DNA from: an uncultured Aminicenantes bacterium
GTDB taxonomy: Bacteria; Acidobacteriota; Aminicenantia; UBA2199
Direction: 5' to 3'
DNA length: 36,472 nt
Assembly (NCBI GenBank): GCA_965195285.1
Contig: CBDAFS010000060.1
Coordinates: forward strand, 1 to 36,472
The notes under the pieces were generated by a model. That model was not told the DNA's origin and ran no database searches. It saw only the letters and a program-made list of their open reading frames with translations. The position numbers were made by a program, and so were the translations under genes. Shown here in pieces: positions 36,368 to 36,472 of the stretch; position 1 is the first letter of the stretch, and the number at the start of each line of letters is the position of its first letter.

Positions 36368-36400
36368 CCACTCCAAATTCTGGGGACAGTATAACTAATT
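36362..36400 (+). repeat. Truncated attC (R'' only) followed by a GGGGACAG REP-like motif
   Basis: GGCTAAC (36362-36368) overlaps the GNAT stop codon, but no matching right arm is visible; TGGGGACAGTATAACTAATT follows at 36381-36400. Confidence 0.45.
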
Positions 36401-36472
36401 ATTTCAAATTGTAAATTGAAAATTTGTATTTTTTTTTATACAATATTTTTCGTACCCACCTGGGGTATTAAT

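Overview
AT-rich bacterial chromosomal window from a diderm organism (it has lptB and a type IV pilus accessory cluster). A housekeeping core at about 2.2-28.1 kb carries glycerate kinase, dcd, an AI-2E transporter, an M49-peptidase homologue, a HelY/Ski2 helicase, an HDOD regulator, tRNA-Leu(CAG), purN, recG, lptB, ppdK, pilH/I/G-like genes, pilD, a PilS-like kinase and smc. Both flanks are integron-derived DNA with all cassettes on the + strand. Left flank: a PIN-toxin cassette with attC, an internally deleted DNA-alkylation-repair cassette and a displaced copy of the glycerate kinase 3' end. These are followed by an integrase-less promoter/attI-like module and a GC-rich membrane gene bracketed by ~55-bp REP-like direct repeats, ending in a degenerate attC. 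Right flank: a second copy of the same 56-bp promoter/attI-like module, a methyltransferase, a circularly permuted ATP-grasp ligase with an N-formylglutamate amidohydrolase, and an attC. After that come an orphan ispG 3' fragment, an internally deleted intI, attI and five cassettes: glycosylase-like, PD-(D/E)XK nuclease, ICMT-family methyltransferase, DUF2971/ART-like and GNAT. The most unusual signals are the repeated solo promoter-attI modules, the displaced 3' ends of housekeeping genes at integron boundaries, and the GGGG(A/T/C)CAG-type repeats next to genes in the arrays. All family calls are from motif recognition by eye; no database searches were run.
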